Assembly (NCBI GenBank): GCA_937901345.1
Contig: CALCHM010000127.1
Location: 3,872 to 67,871, forward strand
Direction of reading: 5' to 3'
DNA from: an uncultured Prevotella sp.
GTDB lineage: Bacteria > Bacteroidota > Bacteroidia > Bacteroidales > Bacteroidaceae
Length of the DNA stretch: 64,000 nt
The notes below the pieces were generated by a model. It worked only from the letters and a program-made list of their open reading frames with translations. It was not told where the DNA came from and made no database searches. This document shows, one piece after another, positions 1-10,749 of this stretch (position 1 is the stretch's first letter; the number at the start of each line of letters is the position of its first letter). A program made the translations under genes and the position numbers.

Positions 1-299
1 CATCTGTTTGTTAGATCCTAAAACCCTTCTTATCTTTGCATCGTAAACCAATGAATGCAATGATTACACGATGCGGTACATTGTATAAATCAGAAACTTG
101 TTAATCTAACAGCGTAACAGAATTTTACACTTTCTAGTCAGAAAGTTAAAGTGTGTTTCATGAAAGGTAAATTAACAGTTTTAACAAATTTGGTTTCACT
201 TCTCCTCCTTACCTTTGCAACAGAAAAAGGAAATAAGGAACATTTAAAGCGAAAATAAAACCAATTTAAATCCAATTTACTAATTACTTAAAACCATTA

Positions 300-755
300 A
301 TGATTATGAAGACTTTATTCAGAAATTTGACAGTTACAGCATTTTGCTTTGCAGTTTCAGTTTTTAACGCTTCTGCAGATAATGCAAAACCCGTTGCTTT
401 TAACCAACTCCCCGCTCAGGCACAGCAGTTTGTTAAGACACATTTCACCGACAGTAAGGTAGTCGTTTCTACGCTTGAAAGCGATATCTTGGAAAAGAGT
501 TATGACGTAGCGCTTAACAATGGTGCGAAGTTGGAATTTGATGGCAAGGGACAATGGACAGAAGTTGTATGTCCCACAGGAGGCGTTCCTGAAAGCATTC
601 TTCCTGAGCAGGTTAAGTCTTATCTCAAATCTAGTTTTCCCAACGCTAAGGTGACAAAGGTTGAACGTGATAACGGTCGCTTTGAAGTAAACTTAGAGAA
701 TGGAACAGAAGTTACATTTAATAAGAAATTCCAAGTAACAGACATCGATCTTTAA
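300..755 (+). CDS. PepSY-like / BLIP-like (DUF2874-type) periplasmic protein
   Basis: Signal peptide, then two 'LP..v..y....F......v..vE.d...yeV.L.NG.e..F...g' repeats. Confidence 0.8.
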   Translation: MIMKTLFRNLTVTAFCFAVSVFNASADNAKPVAFNQLPAQAQQFVKTHFTDSKVVVSTLESDILEKSYDVALNNGAKLEFDGKGQWTEVVCPTGGVPESILPEQVKSYLKSSFPNAKVTKVERDNGRFEVNLENGTEVTFNKKFQVTDIDL

Positions 756-877
756 TGCAGATTCAGAATAGCACGTCTTAGGATACATTGCGATAAGATT
801 TGATGCTAAATCTGTAAACAGAATATCGAAATCGAATACCACTAATCTAATATCAAATAATTTTAAATCTAATTACC

Positions 878-1321
878 ATGAAATTCAAAAACAGTTTCTT
901 CACCCTGCTGCTCCTAGCAGTTCCAGCGTTGCTGGTGTCGTGTGATGATGATAACGACAATAACTTTGACTTCGTGACAGAAGCGGTGCACCATGCCTTC
1001 CAAAATCTTTATCCGCAGGTGCAACCCTATGAATGGGAAATTGATGGTCCTTACATCAAGGCAGAATTCTATCAAACTTCTAAGCATTACGAAGCATGGT
1101 TTACCCCCGAAGGACTGTGGGTACGTACGGAAACCGACCATGTTGGTGCGCTTCCAGAACCTGTTGCAAATTGTCTGGCTACTACCTATGCCGACTATCA
1201 TGTAGATGATGTGGATTGGGTAGAAACCCCTACAGGCAACTTCTACGAAGTGGATTTGGAGAAGGCTGGAATGTCAGATTTTATTGTCAAGATTGCTCCT
1301 GACGGAACGGTAGTACAATAA
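878..1321 (+). CDS. PepSY-like domain lipoprotein
   Basis: Lipobox LVSC followed by acidic DDDND; 'F...yP......WE....y.kAEF.......EAWF...G.W..TE' repeats. Confidence 0.7.
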   Translation: MKFKNSFFTLLLLAVPALLVSCDDDNDNNFDFVTEAVHHAFQNLYPQVQPYEWEIDGPYIKAEFYQTSKHYEAWFTPEGLWVRTETDHVGALPEPVANCLATTYADYHVDDVDWVETPTGNFYEVDLEKAGMSDFIVKIAPDGTVVQ

Positions 1322-1347
1322 GAAGCTGCAACATTATGAAATATTTA

Positions 1348-1383
1348 GCGGGTGTGTCAAAAAAAATTGGCACACCCGCTTCT
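1348..1383 (+). terminator. Hairpin GCGGGTGTGTC/GGCACACCCGC after the PepSY-like genes
   Basis: Inverted repeat just after the stop codon, followed by a pyrimidine tract. Confidence 0.55.
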
Positions 1384-1919
1384 TCTGTGGTTGTATCGCT
1401 ACTTTTTATTGCCCATAATTCTCTCGTTTCCGACTGATGTATCTTGTTACAATAAATGGCGATCTCAAAACGTTCGAATGCCATTCGAAAAGCATTCGAA
1501 CGCCTTTCAAACAGCGGTAATAACTCTTTGTTTCAAAATCATCACACTTCATCCTTGCATTTCAGAGTTTTTGCCCCACAAACGCATGCCAAGAAAGAAA
1601 AATTACGTTCGTTGGGAACAAAATCAGTCGCCTACTCTCTTTGCACTGTCATTTTTCCTCATTCTCGACCCTCGCATGTTTGCGGGACGTGATTTGAGAA
1701 AATCTGGAATCCCGAAACTTTGTGGGAACAGATTTGTGAAAAAAATGGGCGCTGCTGACGTGCGGGGCTCCAGATGTTTTACAAATGGCAAGAAGCGTCT
1801 TCTTGATGTAGGCGTGCCATCTCATTCGATTTGTAAAACCGAGGCGCATCTACGTTGTTGCGTCATGCTGCATCAACCGTGTCCCTCATGCTTTGTGTTG
1901 CGAAGACTTGTGCGTCATC

Positions 1920-3092
1920 TTATCGTTCGTGTTGCTTCAGTCGATCGACGATTTCCTTTGCTGCTCGCTGGGGAGCACCGGGAGCACCGAGTAGGGCAGC
2001 CATTTTTTCATACCCTTTGAGTTGCGCCTCGCGTGCGATGCCACCAGGAAGAATTTCAGCGAGATGCTGACGCACGTTATTGACATTCATGCCATCTGCA
2101 ACGAGTTCGGGAACCACTTCTCTACCCGCAACGAGGTTCACCAGGGAAATGTATTTCACCTTTAAGAGATGGCGACGCAAGAAGGAAACGAATTTGCCTG
2201 CTGCGATGTAATAACATACAACTTGGGGCACGCGGAAGAGTCCCGTTTCAAGTGCTGCTGTACCTGAGGTTACGAGTGCTGCCGTGGCGTGAGCAAGCAG
2301 GGGATAGGTTTGGGAGCGAAGGATGTGTGGCAAACGTTCGGCAGACCAATTTAGACGTTGTAGGGTGCGGTCATAATACTCCTGACTAATCGAGGGAGCA
2401 CCAGCCAAAACCAACTGATATCCCTGATCCACATAAGGGGCTGCTGCCTCACACATTCTGCACAGATTATCTTTAATCTCTTGCTTACGACTGCCCGCAA
2501 GTAAGGCGATGATGGGGCGCTTAGGGTTAAGACGATTCTGCTTGCAAAACTCCTCAAAAGTATCTTGGTAAGTTGCGCGGAACTGACTGATTTCGTCTAC
2601 CGTAGGGTTGCCCACGTAGGAAATGGGGTAGTGGTGTTTCTTTTCAAAGAAGTCCACTTCAAACGGCAGTATTGAAAACAGACGGTCAACATAGGCGCGG
2701 ATGTCCTTGATGCGGTGTTCCTTCCAAGCCCAAATCTTGGGCGAAATGTAGTAATAAACGGGGCAAATCAGTTGCTTCTTTACAAACTTCGCTATCTTGA
2801 GATTAAAACCCGGATAGTCCACCAAGATTACGCAGTTAGGTCGCCACTCTGCGATTTCAGATTTACAGCGCTCCATGCCCTTGAGAATCGTGCGCAAGTG
2901 AAGCAAAACGGGGATAAACCCCATGTAGGCCAGGTGCTTGTAATGACACAAAAGTGTGCCCCCAACACGCTGCATTTCGTCGCCTCCGTAGAAGCGAAAT
3001 TCAGCTTGGGGGTCGTTGTTTTTGATGGCTTGCATGAGGTGGGCTGCATGAAGGTCACCGCTAGCTTCACCTACGATGAGAAAGTATTTCAT
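1920..3092 (-). CDS. lpxB: Lipid-A-disaccharide synthase
   Basis: GEASGDLH, VDYPGFN, YYISPKIWAWK, LAGSR, SGTAALE motifs; ATG at 3092 (MKYFLIV). Confidence 0.95.
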   Translation of the reverse strand: MKYFLIVGEASGDLHAAHLMQAIKNNDPQAEFRFYGGDEMQRVGGTLLCHYKHLAYMGFIPVLLHLRTILKGMERCKSEIAEWRPNCVILVDYPGFNLKIAKFVKKQLICPVYYYISPKIWAWKEHRIKDIRAYVDRLFSILPFEVDFFEKKHHYPISYVGNPTVDEISQFRATYQDTFEEFCKQNRLNPKRPIIALLAGSRKQEIKDNLCRMCEAAAPYVDQGYQLVLAGAPSISQEYYDRTLQRLNWSAERLPHILRSQTYPLLAHATAALVTSGTAALETGLFRVPQVVCYYIAAGKFVSFLRRHLLKVKYISLVNLVAGREVVPELVADGMNVNNVRQHLAEILPGGIAREAQLKGYEKMAALLGAPGAPQRAAKEIVDRLKQHER

Positions 3093-3102
3093 TCCGCAAA
3101 AA

Positions 3103-3858
3103 TTACTCAAAAGTAAAGGATTTTAAAAGAGCGTAATCCGTAACATCGAGTGTGACGGGCGTAACGGCAACGTAGTTGTTCTCGAGTGCCCAAATGTCCG
3201 TGTCGGTAGCTTCGGGTTCCAGATTTTCGCGATAACCCACGAGCCACAAATAAGGTTGATTCGTAGTGGGATGAAAGCATTTGTGCGTCTCTTTTGCCCA
3301 GCGACTTTTTCCCATGCGACACACTTTAATGCCCTTAAATTCTGCAGTGTTGGGGAAGTTAACGTTGAGGCAAGTGAAGGAGGGTAATCCTTCGCTTAAA
3401 ACCTTCTGTGTAATAGCGATAATGTAGGATTTCAGGGGGGTGAAATCCGCATTTGAACTATGATTGTCGAGTGAAAAAGCAATCGCAGGGAACCCCGACA
3501 TTGCGCCTTCGTAACACACACCCATCGTTCCCGAATAATGGGCATTTACCGCAGAGTTGTCACCATGGTTAATGCCACCGATGACCAAGTCAGGGCGACG
3601 TGTCATGGCATCGTTAAGTGCAACCTTAATGCAGTCGGCAGGAGTTCCTGTGCATGCACAAATCGTAAGTCCGTCTTCTTCTTGAATAGTGCGGTAACGC
3701 AAGGGGGTAGAAGACGTAATTGCGCAACTTCCGCCAGAACGAGGACCATCGGGGGCCATAACGTAAAGATCTGCATATGGGCGGAGCGTTTCGATAAGAA
3801 AATTAATGCCTTTGGCGGTATAACCGTCGTCGTTAGAAATGAGTATGAGAGGGCGCAT
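3103..3858 (-). CDS. surE: 5'/3'-nucleotidase SurE
   Basis: ILISNDDG, GTPADC, GINHGDN, YSGT motifs; ATG at 3858. Confidence 0.95.
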   Translation of the reverse strand: MRPLILISNDDGYTAKGINFLIETLRPYADLYVMAPDGPRSGGSCAITSSTPLRYRTIQEEDGLTICACTGTPADCIKVALNDAMTRRPDLVIGGINHGDNSAVNAHYSGTMGVCYEGAMSGFPAIAFSLDNHSSNADFTPLKSYIIAITQKVLSEGLPSFTCLNVNFPNTAEFKGIKVCRMGKSRWAKETHKCFHPTTNQPYLWLVGYRENLEPEATDTDIWALENNYVAVTPVTLDVTDYALLKSFTFE

Positions 3859-4104
3859 AAAATAGAGATTTTCTAAAGATTTTGACACTGTTCGGATGTG
3901 ATGTTGACGTAGTTCAACTTTAACATTTGGCGTTGTTAGGGCAAACTTTAACGTCCTTCTAATATACGTCTGACACAATTCAAGCAATGATTAGGTAAAA
4001 CTCAAGCATCTAAACGGCTCAGAACGTAATCAGAGACTTTGTCATATTTTCCGACAAAAGTAGTAATTTATTCTATAAGCGAGATACATATGAGAAAAAA
4101 TAAG

Positions 4105-4112
4105 TATCTTTG
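4105..4112 (+). promoter_or_regulatory. Bacteroidetes -7 promoter element (TATCTTTG) upstream of parA
   Basis: Matches TAnnTTTG about 60 bp before the parA start. Confidence 0.55.
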
Positions 4113-4170
4113 CAAAGTTCGTAAAAGTGCCTGTGTGGCGCTATTTTGAAGCACTCCTAAACAGAAAATA

Positions 4171-4935
4171 ATGGGAAAAATTATTGCTTTAGTAAACCAA
4201 AAAGGTGGCGTAGGTAAAACCACCACTTCGATGAATCTTGCTGCATCTTTGGCAACGCTTGAAAAGAAGGTTTTGCTCATTGATGCTGACCCCCAGGCAA
4301 ACGCCTCTTCGGGTTTGGGTGTAGACTTGAGTCAGATAGATGCTTCCATCTATCAATGCCTAGTAAACAAGATTGACGTCCGCGAAGCCATTTATACGAC
4401 AGATATAGAAAATCTGGACATTATACCTTCACACATAGACCTTGTAGGTGCCGAAATAGAAATGCTAAACTTCAAGAATCGTGAACGAGTTTTCAAGAAT
4501 GTTTTAGCGCCCATTAAGGCAGAGTATGACTACATACTTATCGACTGCTCTCCCTCGCTCGGACTTATGGTGGTCAATGCGCTCACGGCTGCTGATTCGG
4601 TGATTATTCCTGTTCAGTGTGAGTATTTCGCTCTGGAAGGCATCTCGAAACTGCTCGATACCATTCGCATCATTAAGCGCAAAACAAATCCTTCACTCTC
4701 CATCGAAGGTTTTTTGCTAACGATGTACGATTCGCGTCTTCGTTTGGCCAACCAAATCTATGATGAAGTGAAGCGCCATTTCCAAGAACTCGTATTTAAA
4801 ACCGTCATTCAGCGCAATGTGAAACTCTCGGAAGCACCCTCGCACGGTTTGCCAGTAATTCTTTATGACGCTGACTCAACGGGGGCAAAGAATCACTTGG
4901 CTTTGGCAAAGGAAATTATCAGTAAGAATCAATAG
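4171..4935 (+). CDS. parA: Chromosome partitioning ATPase ParA/Soj
   Basis: Deviant Walker A NQKGGVGKTT, DADPQAN, IDCSPS, EAPSHG. Confidence 0.95.
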   Translation: MGKIIALVNQKGGVGKTTTSMNLAASLATLEKKVLLIDADPQANASSGLGVDLSQIDASIYQCLVNKIDVREAIYTTDIENLDIIPSHIDLVGAEIEMLNFKNRERVFKNVLAPIKAEYDYILIDCSPSLGLMVVNALTAADSVIIPVQCEYFALEGISKLLDTIRIIKRKTNPSLSIEGFLLTMYDSRLRLANQIYDEVKRHFQELVFKTVIQRNVKLSEAPSHGLPVILYDADSTGAKNHLALAKEIISKNQ

Positions 4936-4955
4936 TAAAACTTACTTCCACATTT

Positions 4956-5852
4956 ATGGCAATCAAGAAAAAATACGCAGCGCTCGGTCGCGGATTGGAC
5001 GCCCTGATTTCTACCCAAGAAGAGGTAGAAACTAGCGGTTCGTCATCCATTAGCGAAATTGCGCTCTCGCAAATAGAAGCTAATCCCAACCAACCGCGTC
5101 GAGAATTTGACGAAAAGGCCTTGGAAGAACTTGCTGATTCCATTAGAAATTTTGGAATTATCCAACCCATTACGTTGCGCCAATTAAGCGAGGATCGCTA
5201 TCAGATTATTGCAGGCGAACGTCGTTGGCGTGCCTCTCAGATGGCGGGAATTCAGCGTATCCCTGCTTATATCCGCACTGCTGATGATGAAAACATGATG
5301 CAGATGGCCTTGGTGGAAAATATTCAGCGCGAAGAACTCAATCCTATTGAAGTGGCTTTGGCTTATCAACACTTGATTGAGCGCTATAACCTCAAACAAG
5401 AAGAATTGAGCGAGAAGATAGGTAAGAATCGTGCTACTATTGCCAATACGCTTCGTCTGCTTAAACTTCCCGCACAGGTGCAGATGGCAATTAAAAACCG
5501 CCAAATCGACAAGGGACATGCACGTGCATTGCTTTCGCTTGCTGATCCAGCGATGCAGGTGAAGTTCTTTAAGGAGGTTCTTGAAAAGGGCTACTCCGTA
5601 AGACAAATTGAAGAAATGGTGGCGCAAATCAATGCCGGAGAAGCCGTAAAGAGCGGCAAGCGCACACTTCAAGATAAGAAGGTGTTGCTTCCAGAGGAAT
5701 TTAAGGTGTTGAAAACAAAACTCTCTGATTTCTTCAAAACCAAAGTACAGATGACATGCTCACAACAAGGGAAGGGCAAAATCAGCATCCCCTTCGAAAA
5801 TGAAGAGGAATTGACGCGTATTATCGAACTCTTCGACAAAATGAGGAGTTGA
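4956..5852 (+). CDS. parB: Chromosome partitioning protein ParB/Spo0J
   Basis: LGRGLDAL, NPNQPR, IIAGERRWRA, ENIQRE, HTH. Confidence 0.95.
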   Translation: MAIKKKYAALGRGLDALISTQEEVETSGSSSISEIALSQIEANPNQPRREFDEKALEELADSIRNFGIIQPITLRQLSEDRYQIIAGERRWRASQMAGIQRIPAYIRTADDENMMQMALVENIQREELNPIEVALAYQHLIERYNLKQEELSEKIGKNRATIANTLRLLKLPAQVQMAIKNRQIDKGHARALLSLADPAMQVKFFKEVLEKGYSVRQIEEMVAQINAGEAVKSGKRTLQDKKVLLPEEFKVLKTKLSDFFKTKVQMTCSQQGKGKISIPFENEEELTRIIELFDKMRS

Positions 5853-5866
5853 GTACTTTTCAAACT

Positions 5867-6646
5867 ATGATGAAACGACTATTCACGCTTATAATACTTT
5901 GCCTCTCTTGTCTTGGGGTGCAAGTGGTGTCGGCACAGGCACGACTTCTGGATGTGAAGGTGAGTTCCGAAGTAAAGAGCGATTCTTTGAGAGCAAAAAC
6001 AGTAGCTATGACGCTTGACATGGATACGTTGGCACAATCAGCGGACTTCATGTCAGACACCATTAAGGTTGATACGATAAACATCAAGTTTCCTATTGAT
6101 CAAAAGCAACTAAAGAAGCAAGAACGCGACTTGAAAAAAGCGCAATTCGTGCCTAACCCCCAGCGTGCTTTGTGGTTGGCGCTTGTGCTTCCCGGAGCTG
6201 GGCAAATTTACAATCGTAAGTATTGGAAGTTGCCGCTTGTCTATGGAGGATTCTTGGGATGTACCTATGCCTTCACGTGGAATCAGCAGATGTATAGCGA
6301 TTACTCACAGGCTTATCTTGACATCATGGACGATAATCCACAAACGCAGAGTTATAAAGACTTTTTGCCTCCTAACTATGACATAAGCGGACGTGAGGAT
6401 CGCTATAAGGAAATCTTTAAAAATAAGAAGAATACCTACCGACGTTGGCGCGATCTCTCCGTGTTCTGTTTCGCTGGTGTGTACATTCTTTCTGTGATTG
6501 ATGCTTACGTAGATGCGCAACTCTCAGAGTTTGATATAACTCCAGATCTGACGATGCGCTTTGAACCAACGGTAATTAATACCAACCCGCAAGACATGCG
6601 CATGCAAAAACAATCTTATGGTGTAGGATGTTCTATAAACTTCTAG
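5867..6646 (+). CDS. DUF5683-type membrane protein
   Basis: LPGAGQIYNRKYWKLP and IDAYVDA motifs; usual Bacteroidales position after parB. Confidence 0.75.
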   Translation: MMKRLFTLIILCLSCLGVQVVSAQARLLDVKVSSEVKSDSLRAKTVAMTLDMDTLAQSADFMSDTIKVDTINIKFPIDQKQLKKQERDLKKAQFVPNPQRALWLALVLPGAGQIYNRKYWKLPLVYGGFLGCTYAFTWNQQMYSDYSQAYLDIMDDNPQTQSYKDFLPPNYDISGREDRYKEIFKNKKNTYRRWRDLSVFCFAGVYILSVIDAYVDAQLSEFDITPDLTMRFEPTVINTNPQDMRMQKQSYGVGCSINF

Positions 6647-6818
6647 AAATTCTAGTGTATCTAGAGTTTCTAAAACCTGTAGGACATCTTAGTGTATCCA
6701 GAAACTTTAAGAATTAACAACACAGAAACACGGTTGGAGCGGAAAATGCTTAAAACGTAGCGCAAGGCTGTTTAGCACCAAAAATGAACTCCAAAACCAC
6801 TATTTATCTGAATAAATA

Positions 6819-8120
6819 ATGTTTTTTAAGAACAAAATAAAATCCTTTCTTTTTGCTTCATCGTTATGTTGTACAAATTTGTTCGCACAACAAACGGATG
6901 TGATTACTGTGCATGACGATGTCATTGGTTCTGATGAACAAATAGGACTTCCTGAAGGCATGTTGTTGAGTGTAGATTCCTTGATGATGCAATGGAATGC
7001 GCGCCAATATCTTTTTCCCGAGGAGGAGGTGAGCACATCGGAATATTTGTCAAACTTAACCCCCGAAGACTATGCGGAACGTTTGAGTCGTATTCCTGGA
7101 ATTATGGAATTTCCTTATAACGGAATCGTACAAGAGTTTATCGAACGTTATACAACGAAGAATAGTCGCACCATAAGTTTCTGCCTTGCCGCAGGTAATT
7201 TTTACGTTCCCATGTTTGAGGAGGCTTTAGAAGCAAATGGTTTGCCTTTGGAATTGAAATACCTTCCCGTAATTGAATCAGCGCTCAATCCAACAGCACG
7301 CAGTAAGGCTGGCGCCGTAGGGCTTTGGCAGTTCCTTTTAACAACGGGAAAGCGTTATGGACTTGAAGTGAACAGTCTTATAGATGAACGTCAAGATCCC
7401 GTGAAGTCTACTTGGGCTGCAGCGCAAATGTTGAAGGAACTTTATGACATTTATAAAGATTGGAATCTTGTAATTGCCGCTTACAATTGTGGTCCCGGAA
7501 ATGTCAATAAGGCCATACATCGTGCAAATGGTGAAACAGATTATTGGAAAATTTATCCTTATCTTCCCACTGAAACCCGTGGTTATGTGCCAGCTTTCAT
7601 CGCTGCAAACTATGCGATGTATTATTATTGCGAACATCAGATTGCGCCTTTGCGTACGGCATATCCCATTGCAACAGATACGGTGATGATAACTCGAAAT
7701 CTGCATTTTGATCAGATAGCTGAACTCTGCGATATCGACAAAGATGCTATCCGCGCGTTGAATCCGCAATATAAACTGGATCAGATTCCTGGGGATGTAA
7801 AACCCTATTCCTTACGTTTGCCACAGGAGAAAATATTAACCTTTATTGATCTTGGAGATACCATTTATGACCATCGTTCTGATGAACTCTTTAAGCGCCG
7901 TAAGGAAGTTGATGTGACTGAAAATGCCGTAGCAACAACTACATCCAAGAAAGCAAAGAAATCGGAACAAAAAAACAAACCCGTTTATGTGACCGTGCGT
8001 CAAGGAGATACGCTTGGAGGCATCGCAAAGAGAAATCGAACTACCGTAGCGAAAATCAAACGCTTGAATGGACTTAAAAACAACAATATCCGAGTTGGTA
8101 GAAAACTTCGCGTGAAATAG
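6819..8120 (+). CDS. mltD: Lytic murein transglycosylase (SLT plus LysM), MltD-like
   Basis: IES catalytic motif, GLWQF, AAYNCGPG, ETRGYVP; C-terminal LysM. Confidence 0.88.
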   Translation: MFFKNKIKSFLFASSLCCTNLFAQQTDVITVHDDVIGSDEQIGLPEGMLLSVDSLMMQWNARQYLFPEEEVSTSEYLSNLTPEDYAERLSRIPGIMEFPYNGIVQEFIERYTTKNSRTISFCLAAGNFYVPMFEEALEANGLPLELKYLPVIESALNPTARSKAGAVGLWQFLLTTGKRYGLEVNSLIDERQDPVKSTWAAAQMLKELYDIYKDWNLVIAAYNCGPGNVNKAIHRANGETDYWKIYPYLPTETRGYVPAFIAANYAMYYYCEHQIAPLRTAYPIATDTVMITRNLHFDQIAELCDIDKDAIRALNPQYKLDQIPGDVKPYSLRLPQEKILTFIDLGDTIYDHRSDELFKRRKEVDVTENAVATTTSKKAKKSEQKNKPVYVTVRQGDTLGGIAKRNRTTVAKIKRLNGLKNNNIRVGRKLRVK

Positions 8121-8208
8121 GACTTAAAAATGTTAATCATTTCATTTGTGGTGCCTAAACCTATATGGGGAAACAAGTATCTCAAATGTACAACGCAAAT
8201 TCAAAGCT

Positions 8209-10476
8209 ATGTCCGACAAAACTTTAACCCCGCAAGAAATACAGGACGAAATCCTTATAAATGCCGCGTTCCAAAAGTTAATTGATACCTATTTGGCCTC
8301 TAATCATCGAGGCAAGGTTGAGATTATCACTAAGGCATTCAACTTTGCTAAACAGGCGCACAAGGGTGTGCGTCGTCGTTCTGGTGAACCCTATATTCTT
8401 CACCCCATTGCTGTCGCTCAAGTGGCTTGTGAGGAAATTGGATTAGGTTCAACTTCTATCTGTGCCGCTCTTCTGCATGACGTGGAGGAAGATACGGACT
8501 ATACCAATGAGGATCTCTGCAACCTTTTCGGACCGAAAGTGGCAAACATCGTAGAGGGGGTCACTAAAATCTCTGGAGGTATCTTTGGAGATCGCGCTTC
8601 TCTGCAGGCTGAGACGTTTAAGAAACTCCTGCTCACGATGAGCGATGACATTCGTGTGATTCTCATCAAAATTTCAGACCGCGTGCACAACATGCGCACC
8701 CTTGAGTCTATGTTGCCTTCAAAGCAATATAAGATTGCAGGAGAAACACAATACATCTTTGCACCGCTTGCCGACCGTTTAGGACTTAATAAGATTAAGA
8801 CGGAACTCGAAAATCTCAGTTTCAAGTACGAGCACCCCGAGGCATATCAAGACATCCTTCAGAAATTGGAGAATTCGCAAATGGAGCGCGATGACAACTT
8901 TAATAATTTCATTCCTCCCATTCGTGAAGCTTTGGATAAAATGGGGTGTCAGTATTCTATAAAGGCGCGCATCAAGAGTCCTTATTCTATCTGGAAGAAA
9001 ATGCAGATGAAGAAGGTGCCTTTCGAAGAGGTTTTCGATATTATGGCAATTCGTATCGTGTTTACACCTCAGAATCGCGAGGAAGAGATTAATGAATGCT
9101 TCCGTATCTATGCGGCACTCACAAGCATTTATCGTCCTCACCCCACACGCTTCCGTGATTGGCTCTCTTCTCCCAAAGCGAATGGTTATCAAGCACTCCA
9201 TAACACCTTCATGAGTGGTAGTGGTAAATGGATTGAAGTGCAGATTCGTTCTGACAGAATGGATGATATTGCTGAACAGGGGTTTGCCGCACACTGGAAA
9301 TATAAGGCACCAGGGGCTGAATACGATGCTTCTGAACTGGATGGTTGGCTCAATTCCATTAAAGAAATTCTGGACGATCCTCAACCCGATACGCTCGACT
9401 TGCTTGATACGATTAAGTTGAACCTTTATGCGCGTGAAATTTTAGTCTTCACACCGAAGGGAGAAATCAAGACGATGCCTGCAGGTAGCACCGTGCTTGA
9501 CTTTGCCTTCTCCATACACTCCTTCTTGGGTAGTCACTGTTTTGGCGCAAAGGTAAACCATAAACTCGAACCTTTGAGTTATCAACTCAAAAGCGGGGAC
9601 CAAATAGAAATCCTTACATCGAAAACGCAACATGTACAACCTGAGTGGTTGAACTTTGCAACTTCGGCAAAGGCGCGCGGAAAGATTCAGGCTATCTTGA
9701 GACGTGAGCGTCGTGAAAAGGAGGCTAAGGGTGAACAGATGTTGAAAGAGTTCTTAGAACAGCATGACCTCGCGTATAACACAAACATGGTTGAGAAACT
9801 TTGTAAGCAATATGCCCTGAAGACTCGTGATGAGTTGTTCTTTGCTGTTGCAGAAAAGCAAGTGGTACTGACTGATGCTGATGTTGACCGCCTTACGGGG
9901 AAAACGTCTAACAACGGATGGCGAAAGTTCCTTACCTTCTTGAACAAACCTAAGGAGCATGAAGGAGCAACGCTGGTTGAGGATGTTGCAACACTCGAAA
10001 CGCGTGAATTCGTAAAGTCGTTGAACAAGAAGAAAGTGCTTGCACTTGATGAAGATAACTTGCAGCATTGTACGTTTAGTTCGTGTTGTAATGTCGTACC
10101 TGGTGATGATGTTCTCGGTTATATTACTGAAAACGGAACGCTTGAAATTCACCGTCGTCAATGCGAAACAGCAAATAAGTATAAGACACGTCATGGCAAT
10201 AATATTATTGCTTGCTCATGGAATACGGGGCATCAACGCTATTTTGATATGCGTATCTTTGTGCGTGGTGTAGATGCAAAGGGAGTGCTTCATAGCATCG
10301 CTGATTGCTTCGAAACCCTCCAACAATTCCTTGTTAAGGAAATTACGTTGAAGACTAACGACGGAATCTTTGAAGGAACGCTTCTCGTGAGTGTTTATCA
10401 TGTTGACGACATTCGCCTCGTGTGTGATGCGCTACGCAAAATAGAAAACGTAACGAAGGCGGTGAGAATGGATTAA
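8209..10476 (+). CDS. relA: Bifunctional (p)ppGpp synthetase/hydrolase
   Basis: HD domain (LLHDVEED), DRVHNMRTL, synthetase (NGYQALH, EVQIR, AAHWKYK), TGS, ACT. Confidence 0.93.
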   Translation: MSDKTLTPQEIQDEILINAAFQKLIDTYLASNHRGKVEIITKAFNFAKQAHKGVRRRSGEPYILHPIAVAQVACEEIGLGSTSICAALLHDVEEDTDYTNEDLCNLFGPKVANIVEGVTKISGGIFGDRASLQAETFKKLLLTMSDDIRVILIKISDRVHNMRTLESMLPSKQYKIAGETQYIFAPLADRLGLNKIKTELENLSFKYEHPEAYQDILQKLENSQMERDDNFNNFIPPIREALDKMGCQYSIKARIKSPYSIWKKMQMKKVPFEEVFDIMAIRIVFTPQNREEEINECFRIYAALTSIYRPHPTRFRDWLSSPKANGYQALHNTFMSGSGKWIEVQIRSDRMDDIAEQGFAAHWKYKAPGAEYDASELDGWLNSIKEILDDPQPDTLDLLDTIKLNLYAREILVFTPKGEIKTMPAGSTVLDFAFSIHSFLGSHCFGAKVNHKLEPLSYQLKSGDQIEILTSKTQHVQPEWLNFATSAKARGKIQAILRRERREKEAKGEQMLKEFLEQHDLAYNTNMVEKLCKQYALKTRDELFFAVAEKQVVLTDADVDRLTGKTSNNGWRKFLTFLNKPKEHEGATLVEDVATLETREFVKSLNKKKVLALDEDNLQHCTFSSCCNVVPGDDVLGYITENGTLEIHRRQCETANKYKTRHGNNIIACSWNTGHQRYFDMRIFVRGVDAKGVLHSIADCFETLQQFLVKEITLKTNDGIFEGTLLVSVYHVDDIRLVCDALRKIENVTKAVRMD

Positions 10477-10486
10477 TATATTATAC

Positions 10487-10541
10487 AATAAAGGAGAAAA
10501 AGAGGATGTAATCGCAATTACACTTCTTTTTCTCCTTTATT
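10487..10541 (+). terminator. Long hairpin after relA
   Basis: AATAAAGGAGAAAAAGAG / CTTCTTTTTCTCCTTTATT inverted repeat. Confidence 0.6.
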
Positions 10542-10554
10542 GTGAAAACTTGCA

Positions 10555-10680
10555 TAACTCCATTTTGTTTTGAAATCACTGCCCGCTGGTTTGCGGAACT
10601 CCATTTCATTTTGAAATTCCTTCCCGCAGGTTTGCAGGGCTCCATTTCATTTTGAAATCACTTCCCAAGGGTTTGCTGGA
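10555..10680. repeat. About 42-bp tandem repeat, about 3 copies
   Basis: CTCCATTT..TTTTGAAAT.ACT.CCC...GGTTTGC recurs every 41-42 bp. Confidence 0.75.
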
Positions 10681-10749
10681 CACCTGCACGTTTAGAAATG
10701 TCTTCAAGTTGATAAATGGTCTTTAGAGTTATGCTGGTAAGACTACAAC

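Noticed and set aside
152..168. Possible parS site (TGTTTCATGAAAG)
   Set aside because: Does not fit the 16-bp TGTTTCACGTGAAACA palindrome
1352..2020. 222-aa + strand ORF
   Set aside because: GTG start inside a terminator hairpin, no recognisable motifs, overlaps lpxB antisense; probably spurious
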